Origin: Trichoplax adhaerens
Lineage: Eukaryota; Animalia; Placozoa
Direction of reading: 5' to 3'
Length of the DNA: 64,000 nucleotides
NCBI RefSeq assembly: GCF_000150275.1
Contig: NW_002060945.1
Coordinates: 1,678,199-1,742,198 of the forward strand
A program made the position numbers and the translations under genes. Positions within the stretch are counted from its first letter, which is position 1, and each line of letters begins with the position of its first letter. Shown here one piece after another: positions 38,701 to 50,817 of the stretch. Under the pieces are notes generated by a model. The model was not told the DNA's origin. It saw nothing but the letters and a program-made list of their open reading frames with translations, and made no database searches.

Positions 38701-41700
38701 AATTAGGTTAAATTTTGCCTGTTTTCCTACTGTGTAGTTAGTATTGATTTTCATCCTGATTCAAAGATCTATAATGTATATCCTGCGGTTCTTCTAGCGT
38801 CGATTTCGTATTAGAAAGGCTACTATTTAGATGCTATGACTACTTTCTTATACATTGGCCGTTTTAGACACTAAATTTTAGTTTTACCTTACGGCATCTA
38901 TCGGTATATCGATATTGGTATATGGAGTGTATCAGTAACGTTTATGCAACTTTCTCTCCAACAGGCAAGGCAGAATTTGCTATAGTAAATTTTTATGCGG
39001 ACTGGTACGTATATAGCTGTAGTTCATCCAATGAAATATTGAATGCTGCGTTAAATCCTTAGGTCTACTTGGTCTTATTATAGTACTGATATTACTGTAA
39101 CTATGTTTAGTTTTTAAATTGGCATGTTATTCCTTTCCTATTATCTATATGTTAGTAGTTGCATATTGACATAACATTCATACACAATGAGTGCATACAG
39201 TGATTATAAATTCAAATCATATCTGAATTAAGCCATGAGAAAGATTTTGGCATTATACTGTAAGCCTTTTGTACTATATGTCTTGCTACTAAAATAGCAC
39301 AGGATATTAATATAAATTAATTAACCATTATATACTGCCAGTATTTAATATGTATTACTTCCTTGTTGCAAATATAAGTTTAAAATCAGAAAAGAATACA
39401 AAAGCCTAATTTTCTTATAATATGATATTGCAAATACTGGCAGGTGTAGATTGCTAGTTCAGCTCGACTTGTAGACCTGAATAAGGGATAGTTTTATAAG
39501 ATTGTAGTATTAGGGATATCGTTAGAAATTTATGATAGCTACGAAAAGGTTTATAAAATAAATACCATAGGCGTATTTTTATTATGAATTCATAGCAGTC
39601 TCAGCTTACAATCGTCTTTAAAGCAATTGTAATTTAACTTTTAATTAGTCTATTGTATGGATTGCTATAGTATAAATCCGTCAACATCAGTTCACAAACT
39701 AGGAGATATTTGATTTTAGAGGTTTCTGTTAATTTTTATTTGCAGGTGCCACTTCAGTCAGTCACTAAAACCAATCTTTGATCAAGCTTCCGATGAAATC
39801 CAACGAGAATTTCCGGTAAGACTTTTTAAAAGTTAAGCTAAAGTTTATGTCAAAGTTAAGTTACCATAGGATTCGTATTAGGTAATGATACGAAAGGTCA
39901 CATAGAAATTTCGAAGATGTTCATTTTTCTAAGTGCCTATTACCGACGTGATTGTTGCATAATATAAATACTCAAATTTTATCTTATACAGACGGTCATG
40001 CTTGCCAAAGTTAATTGTATAACTCAAGGTGAGACAGATCGATGCACGTAATTCTTTCTTACATCATTTTTTCTTAAAATTATCCTACTGCTTAAATTTA
40101 GCATCTACTGTATTCTAAATCTAAATCAATGAAAACTTAAGGCATACATCTATATATTTAATATATTTCTTGTTAACTTGTTTGTATTAGCCAATGTGGC
40201 CAATAAATATCACGTTAACAAGTATCCAACACTAAAATTATATAGAGATGGAAGGGTTAGTAAAAATTCTGAATTGCTGTGTCTTCTTGAGTGATTGAAG
40301 ACTGTAATTTTATAAAGAAATGTTTACTTATTATGCACTTAATATTTGCATTATAATTCTTTAGGTATTGAAAAAAGAATATCGAGGGCAAGTAAGTTCA
40401 GAATAACATTAGCCTTATTGGGCATAATGTTAAAAGCGAATAATTGAGTACTTATTTATTAAACTGGACATATTTATACAGAGAACTGCTGAGGCTTTTA
40501 AAGAATTCGTTCGAGTACAAATGAAAGATGATATCGAAGTGGTCCCTGACGTTGAAAAGATGAAATTAGATGTATGACATTATTTATGACATCATGTTCA
40601 TGTAGTCTAGTATATTACTGACTATTGCCTTAGTCGAAATAGACGGTGTACTTACTAGTAAGAAATGCTAGGTTCATCATTGCAACAAAAAAGAGTGCCA
40701 AAGAGTTTCGTTAATGTTTATGCTTTTTTTCACCTTAGACTGACAGGCGTCATATTATTGGATATCTGGAATCTAAGGAATCGAAAACCTACGACATATT
40801 TAGGAGGGTACGAATTGATATTTCAAAACTCTTAGTAAAGCAGTATTCTGATTTAATGTAATCTCAAATCTTTGGTTATTCAGGTAGCTAACTTCTTTAG
40901 GAGTGACTGTCAATTTCATGTGGCATTTGGGTAAATTTAAGTTGCGTCATTTTGTAATGTTATAATAATTACGCTTTTCGGTACAAACTTGCTTTTCATT
41001 CTCATTTAGGGAAGCTTCAGTTAGTTTCAGACATGGTGGTGATACGGCTGGATTCAGGGATTCTCAGGTGAGATTAATCGCCATCGCAAATTGACATTAT
41101 TTATTTCTTATCGTAGTTTACTCCTTAAAGGTATTAACATCCATTTTTTACCGTATTTAATAAGTCCACTGATGATATATACTACAGCAACGGATTTTCG
41201 CCTGGTAATAATTATTTCTTTCAATGGACTCAAGATAAATGTGTACCCCTTGTTCGAGAAATTACATTTCAAAACGCTGAGGTTCGTAGCTATATTACCA
41301 ACCATAAATACGTAGGATCATTAACTAGTCTGCTTATATTTTAATTTAGGAATTGACAGAAGAAGGATTGCCATTTCTTCTTTTATTTTATGATCCTAAT
41401 GGTGATAACAAAATTGTAGAAACATTTAGAAAAATTGTTGGATCAGAACTATACTCTGAAAAAGGTTCGTCATCCCTTCCACATACTTTATATGCGATTT
41501 TTTTCAGTCAATTGTTAGAAAAGAGGTTATACAGTTTTCCTCGAATTTGCAGACAATATGAATTTCCTTACGGCAAATGGCTACCAATTTAGCCATCCTT
41601 TAGTACATCTAGGAAAGTCTACAGCGGTTCGTATCCACGAAGAATAAGAATTTTGTAACCGGAATTGTTATACTCTATTGACAGTTTGCTGTTCTTGCTG

Positions 41701-42217
41701 TCCCTATAATATGAATTACTTTTCTTGTAATAGGACTTGCCTCTTATAGCTATCGATGATTTCCGCCATATGTACTTATACAAAGATATCAACAAATTAA
41801 GGTAGCGTATTTTTGCACATACAGTACATTCTATTTGGAGTCGGATAAGGCTATAAGTAGCGCAAATATTACTTGATCATTTGTTTTGTAGTGAGCCATC
41901 AAGCCTGAAAGAATTTATTGCAGATTTACACTCTGGAAAACTCCATAGGGAATTCCATCATGGACCTGACCCTACGGTATATGTTTGATTGCAAAACTTA
42001 AATATTGCAATTATTTCCTTTCTTCTCAATACTAATATTAAATTGGGGACAATCGTATGCTTCTGCCTTATAGAAACCAAATCCTTCTGATGCAGCGTCT
42101 GAATCTTCGAATAAAGACAGCACAAAGGAAGTATCAACACCTCCGAAGAGTCAGTTTGCAAAATTAAGTCCTAGTGATCAAAGATACAGCTTACTTGGAC
42201 AGAGGGATGAACTGTAG
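35764..42217 (+). CDS. ERP44: Endoplasmic reticulum resident protein 44 (PDI family), multi-exon. First exons 35764-35796, 38524-38596, 38965-39004, 39746-39815; many short exons follow to the stop at 42215-42217
   Basis: Signal peptide MRYLSLLLALM|CVCLFEESDA, thioredoxin motif VNFYADWCHFS, then KYPTLKLYR, KKEYRGQR, KCVPLVREITFQNAEELTEEGLPFLLLFY, DLPLIAIDDFRHMY, DLHSGKLHREFHHGPDPT and C-terminal RDEL*. The first exon is less certain. Confidence 0.93.
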
Positions 42218-43372
42218 TTGTTTATGACGTTATAGCAGGATGGGTGCATATTTAGGTTCTATGAAGATTAAGACAATGGAACTCTTACAGTTTATTGTAC
42301 ACCACGTAACAAAATCAGTTACTAACCGTATTAAGCTAGATGATTGAGTACATTGTTCTAGCTACATTTTCAAGCTTTATGCAATATTGTAACGAACGTT
42401 CAATGTTACGTAGATGAGAATTTTCCATATCTAATGTACATGATTGTTTGCTATTGTGGCTTATCGTTTGCATTAGCTTACCTTTTAAAGAGCTAATGCT
42501 AGAATATTTTTACAGTAGCATCACATTAAATCCTAACTTGATTGACAACGTGTTAAGGCAGGTCTTCAACCTTTATTATTTTATCTTAATCTTCACATAT
42601 ATTTTATTGTACTATTGCAATGAATAGACAAACATAAGCCGTGTTATTCAAGCACAACTTATGAACCCTATCTTAAATAAAATTATAAAATAATATAGCA
42701 GATGGTTGAAGATATTTGCAGGCATTTACGACTACCGAGTTCATCAATAAATTACCAATATTCATCATACACGTTTATCAATGAAACGCTTAGGTAAAAG
42801 AATCGTAGCATAATGTAGGATGGGCCCTTTTATGTACATATTGATGTTTAAGTGCGCATTTGCCAAAGACTAGCTCTATATCGGTGAAAGCTTACAGTAA
42901 TATCTGATCTATTATTTATAAATGTATTTAAAGTACTCGATTTTCCTTTAATAGCATAAGTTTAGAAGCAACAGTGATAGTATTATTTTGTGGAGTAAAT
43001 TATTATACACGACTGACACGAATCAGATATTTTTAATTGAAAGTGAAACGATCATCATACATGTAGATCGTGCATTACTTTTCGTAAAATAAATATTATA
43101 ACGACAGTTGTCCTCATGTTAAAAGTCAATTACTTCTTAGATTAATACTGTAGATTAGTAATAATATTTCGTTGAAAATATAGCCAAATTATAGAATAAC
43201 TTTTCATCTGAATAGGTAGAGGTTAACAGTATATTCATGCCAATGAGCAGTAAGCCGCAAGGTTTTTGTTCCAAAAATACTTATATAAACTTTGTGGAGA
43301 CAATTCATGATCTCTATCGAGTATGCCACTCCTTTCAGACGGTTTTCAAAGGTTCGCATACTTGCTATGCTT

Positions 43373-44919
43373 CTACTCCTTTTTTTTAACGGTTTTATCA
43401 ATTGCTCGTTGATTACGATTCTTTATAAGTGATCCACCGGCATACCCAGCAAGTCCTGCAGCAACACCCGCAGCTAAACCCAAAAGTTTAATCCCGCTAT
43501 AGACTGCCACAGCTGGTCCTCCAACAGCAGCACCTACTACAGCACCCGTTACTGGAATTAACGCATACTTATACTTTCCGGCCTGAAAATAAAGGAATCG
43601 TTCAGTTGAAATTAATCGCTCCAAGGTTAAGAATGAGGTAAGCTGGACGATACCATGATCGCGTGATTACCTGAGCTAGACTCAAATTGCCCCGCTGAAG
43701 GTTACTTTGAGTACAATCTATATTATCAGATATCGATTCGATCGTTTCGCCTTGTTCCTAAATAAATATAGAGTTATCCAGTAAGGTCTCTAAGCTCGCA
43801 ATATGTAGGAAAAGATAGGCTTACTCTTAACATCGTGACATAAGTTTCGGATAGCTCCTTGACTTCTAATAAATTCTAATGTAAATTTATGAAAATAATT
43901 TAAAATAAGTCTCCAATAAAGCCACAGTATTAAAGATAGATACGGCTGTTCAAGTACTAGGTCAGAAAGGCTATTTTGAACAATGAAAGTCCGAGTCACC
44001 TTTTCTAACTTCTCCCACGATGCTTTAATTTCCTTCCTGTCTTCTTCTATAATGCTTAATTGAATTTGTTCACCATTATCGTCTAATAAGAATTAGATTG
44101 ATCAATTTGCTTGAAAGATTCATTGGAGAATGACAAACTATACGAAGTAATAAATGTAATTTGAAATTCTATAAATAAATTGCTTACCATCGGCTCCGGT
44201 ATTTCTGTGAATAGCTCTTTTACTAGCGGTTTTATCTTCTGATACCTCATCTATTTCTCGTTTGATATCACTTTGGATAATTTCAAATGAAGCAATAGAA
44301 TCAAATGCTTTTTCCTTAACCACTTTTACACGTTGGTCAAACTTGGCCAAGTCTTCATCTTTAACTTGACATCTAGTTTTATCTAACTCTTTTAGAGTTG
44401 CCTTGAGTTGCTAAATGCAATCAGATAATGACGTGTTGAATGAAAGCTAGAGTAAATTTCTAGCGCTAGAAGAGTGATACTAACTATTCATTAGTGACAT
44501 GCAGCACTCTTGGTAAAAGAGACCGAGCAATACGCTAATACTACTATGCCAAAGAGTAGTAATTATGCTACTTTCATTTCGTTTTAGAAATATAAAAGAA
44601 ATACCTCAATGAATGAAAGTAGCAGTCGATATACGAGAAAACTTACATTCAAGGTGTTGACAACATGTAGTTGTTCTCGACGAAGCCTGCCCCAATCGCC
44701 AATATCTCTAAACTAAGGGATATCAAAATGATTAACTTAATAACAATTCTAATGATGGTACATAACAGAATATGTTATAATTACACGTATTACTACCTTG
44801 ATTATGTTTTCCTTCTGCTTAGCCAATCGATCTAGATTCGTTGGAATGGCGACTTCGGTAAAAGCGTTTAGTGATCTTTCTATAACACGCAGTGAATATT
44901 TGTCCTCTGCCATAGCCAT
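43373..44919 (-). CDS. STX17: Syntaxin-17 (autophagosomal Qa-SNARE), multi-exon
   Basis: N-terminus MAMAEDKYSLRVIERSLNAFTEVAIPTNLDRLAKQKENIIK resembles human STX17; SNARE motif (SWEKLEKVT...EQGETIESISDNID); C-terminal Gly-rich double-TM hairpin TGAVVGAAVGGPAVAVYSGIKLLGLAAGVAAGLAGYAGG; basic tail ending KKKE*. Confidence 0.9.
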
Positions 44920-46177
44920 ACTGAAAAATCGCCGTTAAACAATACGTCGTTATCGCTAAGTATATCATCTCCATTTCAGAATTATACTCGTAGTTGAATT
45001 GAATTGAATGGTGTGCAATAGCATATCTGTATTACCTTTTCTCTGTTGGTGTAACACTGTAGATAATTAATTATAGTTGGGAAAATTTCTGGAAAGGAAA
45101 ATATTATGTAGTATGAGAATTTTTGATAGCAAGAAATATAAGTAGAGACCATTCATAATTCGCAATAGGATTGCGGTCAGTAAAGCTAGCAATCAACAAG
45201 ACAGAATTGAGGCTTGGTTATATGTATCAAGGTGACTGTAACTTTAATTAGAGAAAGCATTTTAAACCACTACTGTCATTCGTTCAATCTACCTCTTCTT
45301 TTCGCCATATCAACAGTAAAGTGGTGCATATAGCACCTTACATCGTGCAGAGTACAGTATAATATAGCAAGTGATCGCTGATGGATAATTTAACATAACA
45401 TTTGCCTACAGTATACTGTACTGTAAGTATATCGATTAGTACTAGTAGTTTAATTGAGTCTGCAATAGACTGTACTCGTATCCAGTCAATTCAGTTTTGA
45501 ATTAAGACACAAAATGTAACATGATTATTTGTAATGATGTTACTTACAAGGTTAAAAAGGAATTCTTGCTTTCATCCGTAGTAAGGACCTACGTATGCTT
45601 TGCCAATCAGCCCAATCAATATTTTATCGTGTTGTGCTGCAAATCGCCCCCAATCCAATCTTTGTCACAGTCTTGAGAGATCAACACGGAGATTTGTCTT
45701 AATGGATGAGATTTTTTGCGTTTACTTACAGAAGGTAATTTTGAATAATTTGAAGACTTGAAGTCGTTGTACCCATAGTCAAGAAACAGTTTATTAGAGT
45801 ATTAATTTCTTCTACTACTGTATTGATATTTTCGATGTTGTAGTGCCACGCTGGCAGCCGAGTTCCTATCCCAACAGCCAAGTCAATATGAATAGCCAAT
45901 ACTGTATAGGATTTAGTGTGACTAATAGCGTTCCAACTGATACTAAGATTGGTGTTAATCAGTCTCAAGCAAATTGAAACCAAATGAAATACCAGCGAAT
46001 AGAAGAAAGAGAGAGACAGCAAGGAAAAGATTCTAACAATCGGAGCAATAAGCATAAAAAGAAGTTTGGCAAAATTCGACTATCTTGTAGTATCCAATCC
46101 AAGCGGCATTAGACCGGATCGTAAACACTTGTATGGGGCCTTGTTCAAAACAAAACAAATGGACGTCAATCCAGTTC

Positions 46178-46529
46178 AATCCACTTGCTATTGCGGCCCT
46201 CTATAGTAATCCTGTTGCTATTGCGGCCGTCTATAGTAATCCACTTGCTATTGCGGCCCTCTATAGTAATCCTGTTGCTATTGCGGCCCTCTATAGTAAT
46301 CCTGTTACTATTGCGGCCCTCTATAGTAATCCACTTGCTATTTCGGGCCTCTATAGTAATCCTGTTGCTATTGCGGCCCTCTATAGTAATCCACTTGCTA
46401 TTGCGGGCATCTATAGTAATCCTGTTGCTATTGCGGCCCTCTATAGTAATCCACTTGCTATTGCGGCCCTCTATAGTAATCCAGTTGCTATTGCGACCCT
46501 CTATAGTAATCCTGTTGCTATTGCGGCCC
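46178..46529. repeat. 30-bp minisatellite, about 11.7 copies
   Basis: Unit CTATAGTAATCC(AC/TG)TTGCTATTGCGGCCCT in perfect 30-nt phase with few substitutions. Confidence 0.97.
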
Positions 46530-46654
46530 CCTTTCGTACTGTAGTCCTGTTCCTAATTTTTTACAGTACTGTACTCTACAGTACAGTATACAGTAGTATT
46601 ACTGTACTGATGTACTGTAGAGCAGCGTACAGTGTACTGTACAGTACTGTACTA

Positions 46655-46925
46655 GCACTGTCTGGCAGGGACTAGTTGATGAAGCTTCAGACCCAACTGT
46701 ACCACCTACTACACTATAGTAATACTGTTGCTCTTGCGTTACTCTATAGTATTACTGTACTGTAGAGATGTGGAGCACCGGACTAGCAGGGACTTGTTGA
46801 TGAAGCTTCAGACCCAACTGTACCACCTACTACACTATAGTAATACTGTTGCTCTTGCGTTACTCTATAGTATTACTGTATTGATGTACAGTAGAGCACC
46901 GGACTAGCTGGGACTTCTTGATGAA
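46655..46925. repeat. 121-bp direct repeat (about 2.2 copies) immediately upstream of CRYM
   Basis: GC(A/T)GGGACT recurs at 46665, 46786 and 46907. Each full unit contains a diverged copy of the 30-bp minisatellite unit (ctatagtaatactgttgctcttgcgttact). Confidence 0.9.
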
Positions 46926-47026
46926 CCTGCAGAAATTTTCTGTCGCAAGCTGTGCATGATAGAATTACTGCAGCCAATATCTCACCTATCACACGATTTA
47001 CCATCAGTAGATTGGTGCTTGGCATC

Positions 47027-47971
47027 ATGTCCAATTTATTATTTATCGACGAGAAAACTGTCCAATCCCTCCTTGATATTCGACAGCTTGTAGACATCAT
47101 CGAGAGAGCATTAATTAATTTTTCCATCAAGGCGGAAACCATAGCCCAACCTATTCGCACTGTTGTCAATATCCCATCTCAATCTGCTCATTTCTTTAAT
47201 ATGCCATGCTATTCACAACAAGATAATGCGTTGGCAACCAAGTTAGCCTGTCTATTCCCTAATAACTACAAACTTGCTTTACCTACAATTCATGCTGTAA
47301 TATTACTATTTGACTGCAACACTGGAGTTCCACAAGCGATCATTGACGCTGATTATGTGACTGAAATGAGAACTGCTGCTGCTTCGGCTGTCGCTACCAA
47401 ATATCTAGTCAATGACAATTACAACATCTTATGTATTATAGGTTCAGGGGCTCAAGCTCGCAGTCACCTGCTGGTGATGAAGGCGATATTTCAATTTTCA
47501 GAAATTAGAATATGTTCTCGAAGTAAAAGCAATGCTGAAAGGTTAGCTAAGGACACCAATACACATGCAGTAATCTATGATTGTGTACAAGATGCTGTTC
47601 AAGATGCTGATGTCATATGTACTACTACCAATACTGTCGATCCAATTGTTTTTGAGAAGTGGATTAAGCAAGGAGCTCATATTAATGCTGTCGGTGCTTG
47701 TACACCTCAGCGACGTGAAATAGATGGTGAATTAATGCGTAATGCTGTCGTTGTTGCTGATAGCCGAGAATCGGCTAAGAATGAGGCTGGCGATATTATT
47801 CTCGCAAATGCTTCGGTCGATGCCGAAATTGGAGAGATTGCATCTGGTAAAGTAACCATTGATACCAATCAAACAACAGTATTTGAATCTCTTGGATTAG
47901 CAATCGAGGATGCAGTCTGTGCACGTCTTATTTACGATCTTTATAATAGCCGTAATGTAACTACGTCATAA
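47027..47971 (+). CDS. CRYM: Mu-crystallin / ketimine reductase (ornithine cyclodeaminase family), single exon, 314 aa
   Basis: Motifs QPIRTVV, LATKL, TEMRTAAASAVAT, Rossmann IIGSGAQA, DADVICTTT, GAHINAVGA, EAGD, EIGE, TTVFESLGLAIED. First in-frame ATG is at 47027; the track start at 46952 is GTG. Confidence 0.93.
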   Translation: MSNLLFIDEKTVQSLLDIRQLVDIIERALINFSIKAETIAQPIRTVVNIPSQSAHFFNMPCYSQQDNALATKLACLFPNNYKLALPTIHAVILLFDCNTGVPQAIIDADYVTEMRTAAASAVATKYLVNDNYNILCIIGSGAQARSHLLVMKAIFQFSEIRICSRSKSNAERLAKDTNTHAVIYDCVQDAVQDADVICTTTNTVDPIVFEKWIKQGAHINAVGACTPQRREIDGELMRNAVVVADSRESAKNEAGDIILANASVDAEIGEIASGKVTIDTNQTTVFESLGLAIEDAVCARLIYDLYNSRNVTTS

Positions 47972-50817
47972 TGACAATCTTTGCTCTCACAACCTAATGC
48001 CTTCCAGTTTTGTCATGTCTAAGTCTAAAATGCAGATGATATCGTCAATCGCAAACCTGACATGATTGATTGTCCGTACGCAACGCAAATTATTATTCTT
48101 CATATTCAGTATAAGAAATATCAGCTCTCTTGTCGTTCAAATTTCGACTCCTATGTGGATTGTTTTTGTAAAAATTATACTCTAAAAAATGGGTAAAATT
48201 ATTCAATCTGCTGGTGGAATCTCGCTGAAATGATGTTAATGACGACGAATGGACGAAATTTGAACGTGATTAATTATTTAGAGCAATTTACACTATAATT
48301 GATACGTGTATAATACGTACGTTTTGGTCAACGATTTTTCAATTTTCTTACTAGCATTGGCACATAAAATTTTGACTATTTTAATATAATCTGTTATACG
48401 CTTTTAAAATCGACATACTTACAATTAGAAGAATAAAAAAGAACTCGCATTGATTGTTACAATAATTTTAAAAAGTTTTGAATGTGTTAGTTGATTGATT
48501 TTGTGGCAGGTACCTGTACCATGTATGCTACCACTACAAAGATACTGTTCATGCATCGAGTACTTTAAATGTAAAGCGCATTTATTGGAGTTATAAGTAC
48601 AGTAATGTATATCTCCTTTATGGATGTGATAAAGCGTCTTCTCAAAAATACAACAAGAACAGCAGTTTCTTGTAAACTTCACTTTATTACATAAGATTAG
48701 GTTCGTCTCAACTACCAAGGGCTATCTAACTGCAATCAGACTATCTCTGCACTATCTGAATGATAATTATCATTCACAATTTATATACAATTACAATGGC
48801 GTAACATGCACTTATGATATTATCATAAATACCGCAGTATGGATACAGTATAGAGTCGTCGATGTCAACTATTCAGCCAATTCATTCTCACTAACATTTG
48901 AAATTCAAGAACTGTAAGATGTGATAAATGCAAAGCGTTTGATGTTATAACAAGACGACTTTGATATAGTAATCGAATAGCTTTTAACTTAGTAAAGATA
49001 ATTATTACTTTCAATAACCCATTCTAAGTAACGCCAAAAGTGTTAACTATATGATCATTTCTCCTTCTCACATCGTTACCGAGCAATTTTAAAAATCTAC
49101 AAATATACCACAGCGTTGACTTGCAAAAGATTAATTTATTTTTGAATTTATAGTTATTTTGATAGAATTATATCAATTGAAATTACGTACATTACCTGCT
49201 TACGATTATCGGGTTCGGAGATATTGATCAACATTTAATAACACATTACAATAACTCAAATCACAAAGTAGATGACTACAGTATACGCGTAATTTTATTT
49301 GGTTAATTGTGATATTCCTGTACAGCTCTACTGCATAAAAAATTTACATAATACGGTAAATACAAATTGCAAATAATTTCAATAGGAATCGAAAGTCAAA
49401 AATTAATTATATTAGTGGAGTCGCGTAATCAATTCTTTTATAATAGTGATAATAATACGAGTATGACATTATCATCTTTAAATACAGCAACTATATTACG
49501 ACGATGCTTTTAATACATACTCGTACAATTCATCAACATTTGACTTGCTGTGCGCTATTAGTAATAGTTGAATGCAGTATTTATACAAGCAAATTATAAC
49601 TGGCTGCGAAGACTACGTAGTTAAAATGATAGCTGCAGCTTTAAATCTTCAATATGGATTAAATATTGTAATAAATCTGAGGATGAATACTGTCTTAACG
49701 CATAATTACAAGGTTAAGTTTAGAATATTGGGAAACAATATTGAGTTCGTTCAGCTTACTATAGAGATTGAAAATTTTTTTAATTACTAGTTTGATACAT
49801 TGTTAATTCTCCGATTGACTATTGTTATAATAGTTTAATAACCCTATTCGCAGCCAACAGTGACTGGCGCTATAAATTATTATATAATATCTTCGCTATC
49901 ATAGATGAAGTTTCAGTATAATATTAATAGTTAAACTAGAAATGATTATGTTACAGTAAAATTTATGGTCAATGCATAACGTATAACTTTGACCTGGCTT
50001 AAATAAGATAAAGAATTAGCTTATACATAACATAATAATATATGACCACACGTGTACCGTGATGCATTTTAATTCTTGATTTCTTAATTTAAGTGACCAA
50101 CTGCACTGTCATTAGCATTTAGTCTTAAATTTCATATTCATGGATAGACTGGGATAAATAATTTCACATCTTATTTCAATCATCATACGAACATTATGAT
50201 ATATTTTAATACGAAATATTGAGGCCACATTTTGGCCATGACAATGAAATGAAAGTAATCCAGTATAGATATACAACAAAATGAAATCTATACTCTATAC
50301 GATTGACTTTTACTCATATTATGACTGCTCATACCTACACTACCATACAAGCGCTTACAAATACTATAGTACCATCCGAATAGCTGCCATCATGATAATT
50401 TACTGTTAAACAATTAATATCCTAATTTTTCTGTTAAGATATTATGCAATGGTATATCCTTCCCAAGGAACTTACACCAATGATATTAATCCAGTATCAC
50501 TATTAGAACACGATTGGATATTGACTGAAATAAGATAAAGTTTAGTACAATAGTTGTGATACGTTATTCTTAAAGTCTAATCTCAACAGCTATTTAGCGT
50601 ATAGACGATAATCTTCATTTAAATTTTATATTTCATGACTGTCTGAAGTATTATATCCTCGGTAAAAACCTGCCAGGGAAATTTATATTACATTATCTCG
50701 TTAAAGCTATTTCTTATAGAAATCTGTATGGTAAAGAATTCAGATATGTAAGATATTCTACATAGCTCTATTTATTTGGCGTCGATAGGCATCAAGCTTT
50801 TAAAGTATAATTGTAAA

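Noticed and set aside
45726-46055. 109-aa hydrophobic minus-strand ORF upstream of STX17
   Set aside because: No recognisable motif; likely 5' UTR or intron sequence of STX17.
46178-46529. Possible CRISPR array
   Set aside because: Units are contiguous with no unique spacers, there are no cas genes, and the context is eukaryotic.
46133-46675. 180-aa and 119-aa ORFs with decapeptide repeats
   Set aside because: They are translations of the 30-bp minisatellite, which happens to lack stops in two frames; there is no domain signal and they sit in a promoter region.
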